Shown: positions 20,881 to 27,637 of the stretch, piece after piece
Numbering within the stretch: position 1 is the stretch's first letter
Layout of the letters: each line of letters starts with the position of its first letter
NCBI RefSeq assembly: GCF_006345805.1
Contig: NW_021833327.1
Span: 1 to 27,637, forward strand
Length of the DNA stretch: 27,637 nucleotides
From: Octopus sinensis
Lineage: Eukaryota
Direction: 5' to 3'
Translations under genes and position numbers: made by a program
The notes under the pieces: model-generated
What the model saw: only the letters and a program-made list of their open reading frames with translations
Database searches by the model: none
Told to the model about the DNA's origin: nothing

Positions 20881-22076
20881 CACGAGAAAAGCCATTGGCA
20901 AAAAGACTTACTCAAATGATTCATTATTGATGCCATGTGATGCCCTTACGTCACTTTTGAGCCCATTCAAACTTTTACAAGTTTTAGTACATACTGCACA
21001 ACTGTGCTGTCTGGCAGGAAAAACAGGTGCCACCATATGCACTCTTATAACGTGTTTTTTCAGACCTCCAGCTGAGCGGCACACCCTTCCACATTTTACA
21101 CATGTTCTGTTGTGAATTTTAATAGCCACATCACTGTTTATCATGGGCCGATTCATGTGAAATTTTTGATGGCTCACCAGGCCAGCATGACTCAAACACC
21201 TCCACCCACAATCCACACACACAAAAAAAAAACACTCTCTCACTTTCTACAGGTTCCCTCCTAAGTCCCCTCCTAATTCTCTCATATTTCACTATCTCCC
21301 TCTCAAACCTTGAACAACCATCAGGTACTATCTACCTCCATCCATCGTAGTCTTGTGTCCCTCTCTCCCAATCACCAGCTGCAATTACTGTCTGTATTAG
21401 AGCATTTTAAGGCAATCCTTAAACCTTAATTTAGGCTTATGCGCTGGTCTCCTCCCATCTTCCAGCTCACCATACAATAATTCCTTGGGCTGTTGCTTAT
21501 CAACTCATTCTTACCAAATGCCCTCCCCACACCTCAAACGTCTTTGCAAAATCATTGACTCTATACTTCTAGATTCACTCCTCTCAAGCAACTCCACATT
21601 ACTAATGTAATGTAATTTTCCAGTTTATCCCCCCAAATTTTCTCAGACAGTATTGATGGTATCGTTCCAATTGCCTTACATGCCCACGGTAAACAACCCA
21701 TGCCTCACTCCTATATAGCAAAGATGGCAGGACGCACGTGTTATATATCTTAAGATATATTATGTTGTTTCCACAGACGCCTATCAAGCCTACCAACAGC
21801 ACTACTAGCCCTGCTGATTCTATATGAAATTTCATCATCACCAACAGCAGTGCTTAAGGTACTTCCTAAATAAATAAATCAAGGTACAGTCTCCAGCCTT
21901 TGACCATTCACAGTTATAAAGGGTTCCACATACATCTAGGAGGGAGCAGGCTAGTACATTATAACCGTTTTTTTTTTAGATTGATCGTTAGACCCAATGC
22001 TGCACATACAGCAGAAATCGCATTCAGCATGTGCTGCATATCTTACTGGGAATGTGCTAACAGGTTACAATCATAA
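20881..22076 (-). mobile_element. RTE-clade LINE ORF2 pseudogenic remnant (RT C-terminal half plus three C2H2 fingers)
   Basis: Corrected translation: DCNLLAHS..MQHMLN..GLTINLKKT..VNGQRLE..YLGSTLS..DDEISYRISRAS..KIYNTCVLPSLLY.SEAW..LERYHQYCLR..INW..SIESMILQRRLR..HLVRM..ELLYGELEDGRR...FKDCLK, followed by ORF 20908-21243 with CVDC..H..H, CVKC..H...H and CAVC..D...H. Confidence 0.92.
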
Positions 22077-22535
22077 TACATACATACATACATACATACA
22101 TAAATATACACACATATATAAATACACACACATACACACATGTACATATATGTATATGTATTGTATACACATATATGTATATATGTATGCGTGTGTGTGT
22201 ATATATATACATGCACACATATTTATACACACGCATACACGCAAGCAGCAATGAATGTTCGTAAGAAGGGAAATCAATTGAAAATAATTAAAGTGTATTG
22301 TGCTTTTCTTTAAGTATTGCCTTCCTCCGATTGTCTTCACCCAGCATATCATACAGTGAGTCGCCAGTGGACATTTTGTTTTTGTAGTTTAGCGTCAGGT
22401 TCACCATTGTTACCAGTACTAAACATTTCCATATATACATACATTATATATACATACATACATACATATATATATATATGTAAAACTTACTTGGAAATGA
22501 ATGCGTGGCGTTTCAATTATATGATTATATAAATA

Positions 22536-22582
<47 letters not shown>

Positions 22583-22703
22583 GCATGTATACAGGCAAAT
22601 GTGTACATACATATATATGTATATACACATGAAATAATATAAACACCATGAAATAATAAATACAAAACATGGAATACGAACTATTTTGCGAACAACGAAA
22701 GAA

Positions 22704-23172
22704 ACAAATGAAAAACAATACAAGTAACGTAAAAACGACCCTTCATCAGCTGTCGGCTGTTTTATCTACTCCACATTTCGAGCATTTATGACAAGATGTG
22801 CCTTCGTCAAAACAGTTGCTCTCGCAAAACAAATAAAATAAAATTTGGGATTTGCGGAGGTTCAAAGTTGATAACAAAAACAGGACAGTGAAAACGGTAA
22901 GAGCTGTTAAGCCAGGACGAGGTGAGGTGGCGAACGCTGGAGATACAAGCTTTGACAGGAGACAGACAAGGATGCGTCTGATCTCCTGTAGCTGATTGGA
23001 AGAAAAGAAAGAAACTCAAGTTAGGAAAAGAAATATGGTCGATGGTCACGTGTGAGCAACGAGAGAGTAAATAAGGAAGAGAGAGGGACATGCTCGAAAT
23101 GTGGAGTAGATAAAACAACCGACAACTGATGGAGGGGCATTTTTTATGTTGCTTGTCTTGTTTTCCATTTGT
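22704..23172. repeat. Inverted repeat pair (~82-bp arms) within a dispersed repeat, possibly Penelope-related
   Basis: 22704-22785 vs 23090-23172. Core 47 bp atgctcgaaatgtggagtagataaaaca.ccgaca.ctgatg.aggg with 3 mismatches. Confidence 0.85.
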
Positions 23173-23610
23173 ATGGGTATGTACATATATATGTATGTAC
23201 ATATATGTATGTATACATGCATATATGAATAGACTATTTATATTATATATATATATTTACGTATATAGAAATGCATCTATCTGTATATAGTGGGCGTCAT
23301 ACACGCATGTACACATACGTTCTTAGATGTACAACACACATATATATATATATATGTGTGTGTATATGTATATATATATGTACACATATATACATGTATA
23401 AGTGTATGTATGCATGTATATATATATATATATAGATGTGTGTGTGTGTATTTAAATACAAAGAAATGCATGCATTTGTAAACTGGCTGCCATATACACA
23501 TAGATGTATGAATTATAGTAGGGACTCACATATACAACTGATATATATATATATATATATATATATACCCCCTTTCTTTTTTCTGTCTACAGCTCATCCA
23601 ATTTATAATA

Positions 23611-23656
<46 letters not shown>

Positions 23657-23823
23657 ACATATAATTATATACCTGTATCTACACACACATGCACAAACAC
23701 ACATTTATATCGAGATAGATAAATATGTATATACATACGTATATTATATATACTTATACACACATGTATGTACACATAAGTAAGCAGATATATATAGTCG
23801 ATGTATATATATATATATAGTTG

Positions 23824-23859
<36 letters not shown>

Positions 23860-23867
23860 TACACGTA

Positions 23868-24482
23868 CTGTTGTGTCTGGGCAGATTCTTTTTCAGTGCC
23901 TTATAATTTATCACATTCACCGGTAAAATTTCCACTTATTTCTTTTTTATTCTTCTAAAATTTTCGTTGCATTTTGCAACATTTTCAATAGTTTTGATTC
24001 TGTCCATTATTCACACTGCGTTACTTTTTGTTAGTTTGTGCGCATGTGTGTGTGTGTGTATTTTGCAACCATGTACCGTGTTTGTATCTATGGATGTGCA
24101 TCTCCATATGTGCGGACGTGTGTCTCCATATGTGTCCTTGTGTGAAGTAAAGTGTGTGTGTATATATGGTCATGTCTTCATTTGCGTATGTGTGTATGTG
24201 TGCTTGTCTGTTCATATAACCTATGTACCCATCCATCTGTATGCTGATCTTTTTACTTTCATATCCATATGCTTATATACATGTGCGTATACATATATAT
24301 ACATATACCCACCCACACACATACATACATCTATCTACATAACAACCCATTAAACTATTGCAAAGGTTGCAAAACGCAATGAAAATTTTAGAAAAATAAA
24401 AAAGAAATAAGTGGAAATTTTACCGGTGAGTGTGTCAAATTATAAGGCACTAAAAGATAATGACTCTCCCCAGACACAACAG
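23868..24482. repeat. Inverted pair of a dispersed repeat (~125-bp arms)
   Basis: 23868-23994 vs 24352-24482 (gtgccttataatt...caccggtaaaatttccacttatttc...ttgcaac...caatagttt). Related fragments at 25165-25188 and 25523-25560. Confidence 0.88.
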
Positions 24483-24560
24483 AATATGCTTCAACACACA
24501 AACTCACATAAAGAATCGTGCAAACCAAATCCCAAAACGATATATATATATTTTAGAAAT

Positions 24561-24628
<68 letters not shown>

Positions 24629-24936
24629 ATTATATATTTATACATACATACATATAACTATATTTATATATGTATGGATACGCATATGTATACTCTACTA
24701 CTCCTTCTCATGATCAGAGACGCGCATATTGCCAGCCACTAAGGGATGTGCTTAAGTGGTTAAGATCCAGCAACTGACAAGCAAATCTCAATTGAACAGA
24801 ATATTTGCTATAACGATATTTCTGCTTCAGCAGCTCAGTGCTAAATTTGTCTGAAATGTAATGGAAAAGTGGTCAGTTTCAAAACATTGATATCCAGGTC
24901 ACAAAAGCAAAGCTTGAAGGGAATAGTAGTTATTTA

Positions 24937-24980
24937 TTTTCTTTTTCTTTTGCTTGTTTCAGTCATTTGACTGCGGCCAT
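24937..24980 (-). mobile_element. SINE family B 3' fragment
   Basis: cttgtttcagtcatttgactgcggccat. Confidence 0.75.
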
Positions 24981-25239
24981 ACAATATGAGCCATCTCTTC
25001 CCAGAAGTAAAAACGGGTTTGCATAGGGCCAACCCCATTACATAGAAAAAAAAATAGAAGCTAAGTTAGGGAAGCATCGATAATTCAAGGCCAACAGGAT
25101 CTAATACTCCTAATACTGAATAAGTGGCACTACTTAGAGTCGAGAATAGTGAAGAAAAATTGACGTTGTGTCTAGGGAAAGTCATTATGCCAATATTATT
25201 AGCACACGCACTGATTCCTTTATTGTTAGCCAATTGGTT

Positions 25240-25381
25240 GGCGGTGAGCTGTCAGAATCATTAGCACCCCGGACAAAATTCTGAGCGGTATTTCGCTCGT
25301 GAAACACTGGGGTCGATGTAATCGACTAGTCCTCTCCCCACAAATTTCAGGCACTGTGCCTATTGTAAAAAAGGATTATTA
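25240..25381 (+). mobile_element. SINE family A, internally deleted
   Basis: Head ggcggtgagctgtcagaatcattagc joined to tail cactggggtcgatgtaatcgactag...aaaggattatt. Confidence 0.85.
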
Positions 25382-25595
25382 GTCAATTGATTAAATAACC
25401 AACTAAGAGATTATTTGTTTAATTTAGATATTTAACCAATTGACTAATAACGAAGAAGTGAATTGCACCAGCGTGTGTGTTAATCATATGGGCATAATCA
25501 CTCCAGACTCAGCAAAATTAGTTTCAACACACGAATTCACATAAAGAATCTTGCAAACCAGATACAAAAGCGAAAACGAATTTATAATAATCTTA

Positions 25596-26640
25596 TCTAT
25601 TATATAAAATCCGTTCTGTCTGGCTGTGTGTGTGTCTTCTAGGATCTCAGGCATCCTCCATCCGATTGCGCTCAAATTTGATATGTAGATACCGACGGTA
25701 TCAGGGCGTGTATATGTCTTGAAAAAATTACAAAAATCGATTCCAGGTGGGAATGCGATCGATAAAGCCGTGGGAACGTGCATTTGTACGCGCAAGTACA
25801 TCAACTGTTGCGATCGATACTACGCGTACGCGAGAAAAGTGCAGTTTGCGCAAAAAAACGCCGGCTGGCTTGAAACAATGCCACAACATGGGACGGTCGG
25901 ACAAGTTGCTTTGAGAAAATTTGGTTTAAATGTTTGACAACTCAGTGCTGTCCATAGGACAGGGGGTGTTTTGCTCGTAGGTTATATACGAGGAAAATAA
26001 GCTATCAAAAATCAGCAAATACTATAATACTGTTTTCTTTTACAACTTTGTAGTTGTAAAGGAAATGACCCCGTTTTGGGGTAATCCTATGTATTGTAAC
26101 GGCGAGGCTTGAGACTAAAGTTCCACTCCTACATTATGTAACAGCGCAATGTGTTTGTATAATTAAAATACCTTCTCTTTCATCTCGTTGATATCAATTA
26201 ATTTATTTAATGAGAACTCCAGAAACGTACTTGTTACTCCAAGTTATACGTCACATTAATATAGACCAAATATTTTGCGCAGCATGAGAAACAAAATAAC
26301 AAAACACACACAAAACACACACCTGCGCGCACACATACTCGCATACACACACAATAATGGTGATATCGTATGTATAATTCTAATTTACGATGTATTTTGT
26401 GATATTTTGTCTCCAAGAAAAAATTTTTTTTTAAATTATAGATTAAAACTAAATGAGCAAAATAAATCTCACTAATGAAATATAATAAGATCGAAACACG
26501 CCTGTTGCTTTTACCAGTTTTTTTAAAAAGACCAGATCCACTTTAGTGTGCAATTTTGGGGTAACCCTATGTATTGTAACGGTGAGGCTTGCGGCTAAAG
26601 TGCCACTACACCGTTATATAACAGCATGCCCGCAACCTAA
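25596..26640 (+). mobile_element. Possible non-autonomous Helitron-like element
   Basis: 5' A|TCTATTATATAAAA, short GTCT/GT microsatellite, then ccgattgcgctcaaattt, as seen in Helitron/DINE-1-like elements. The 3' end (CTAA|T near 26636-26640) is tentative. Confidence 0.4.
26074..26625 (+). repeat. 72-bp direct repeat (26074-26145 and 26554-26625)
   Basis: ttttggggtaa.cctatgtattgtaacgg.gaggcttg..ctaaagt.ccact...tta..taacagc, offset exactly 480 bp. Confidence 0.9.
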
Positions 26641-27029
26641 TGAGTGAAACAAGCAAAAAAGCAAAAGATGGACAACAAAGACTTCAATAAATGGTCTGGT
26701 TGTAGGGTAGAGTACGTTACGAATAGATGGGTAGATCATATGGCAGGTGGGAGCGTTAAAGAGAATATGGAGACAAAGCAGGTTGAGCGATCAGTTGAGC
26801 GATCAGTTGAGCAGATGATATCAGGGGAAGTTCGGTTCAGCTGCACTGAAGATATGGTTCGCATGTGGAAACAACAGAGACACCAGCTTTCAGTGCATTT
26901 ACCAAAGGCGTGCGCATGCACGTACTCACTCGCTCAGTCGCTCTTTCCTCTCTCTCTCTCTCTCTCTCTGTTTTCCTGTCTCTCACACATGCACATAAAT
27001 ACGTACATATGCGCACCAGCTCAAGTAAA

Positions 27030-27036
27030 TGTGTGA

Positions 27037-27082
<46 letters not shown>

Positions 27083-27269
27083 ATGTATCATCTTTGGTTA
27101 TGCGGCTAAAGCCATGTCACCATGCGTAAGATCTTTCCCTTCTCTTGTCGCGCGCACACACACGCACACAGAATATATATATATATATTATATATATATA
27201 TATAATATATATATATATATATTATAATATATATATATATATGTATGTGTGTATATGTATATATATACG

Positions 27270-27311
<42 letters not shown>

Positions 27312-27637
27312 ATATATATTGTCATATATATATATAGACATATATGTAATCTATATATATAATATATTTATAATATTTATGTATATTTGTATATATGTGT
27401 TAAATGTATACATGTATATGTGTGCTTATATATATATGTATGTATAAATTTATATATATATATATACACAGCCATACACACACAACACACACGCTTACAT
27501 ATACCCGCGCACGCATTTATATCATGTGCACATACACACGTTGTGTGCATATGTGTGGCATATTGTGCAAGAGAGAGAGAGAGAGAAACAGAGATAGAGA
27601 GAGAGATAGATTAGAGAGAGAAGAAGAAAAAAAAAAG
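27030..27637. repeat. Compound (TG)n/(TA)n/(GA)n low-complexity tract
   Basis: Visible dinucleotide runs to the end of the window. Confidence 0.9.

Noticed and set aside
20908-21243. Stand-alone host C2H2 transcription-factor gene
   Set aside because: Collinear and same-strand with RTE RT motifs immediately upstream, so it is the LINE ORF2 C-terminus.

Overview
Eukaryotic, AT-rich, microsatellite-dense genomic DNA. It is most likely from a coleoid cephalopod (Octopus-like); this is inferred from recognising the SINE/LINE families, not from a search. No complete protein-coding gene, rRNA, true tRNA or CRISPR array is supported, and nearly all ORFs in the supplied track are translations of (TA)n/(CA)n/(TATG)n/(TCTA)n/(CAT)n repeats. 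The non-microsatellite DNA is mostly: (i) many tRNA-derived SINEs of about four families, some with a CORE-like block; (ii) decayed LINEs, namely a 1.2-kb RTE-clade ORF2 remnant ending in three C2H2 fingers, a second RTE-like 3' end with C2H2 fingers, an RTE copy with an inverted 5' segment, and a CR1-like 3' end; (iii) Penelope-like remnants, one with a minimal hammerhead-ribozyme motif; (iv) a possible non-autonomous Helitron-like element; (v) a near-perfect 161-bp-arm hairpin and two other inverted-repeat pairs. Several isolated exon-like or promoter-like segments (near 250-460, 10.0-10.15 kb, 13.35-13.58 kb, 15.9-16.07 kb) hint at host-gene exons in long introns, but none could be assigned to a known gene.
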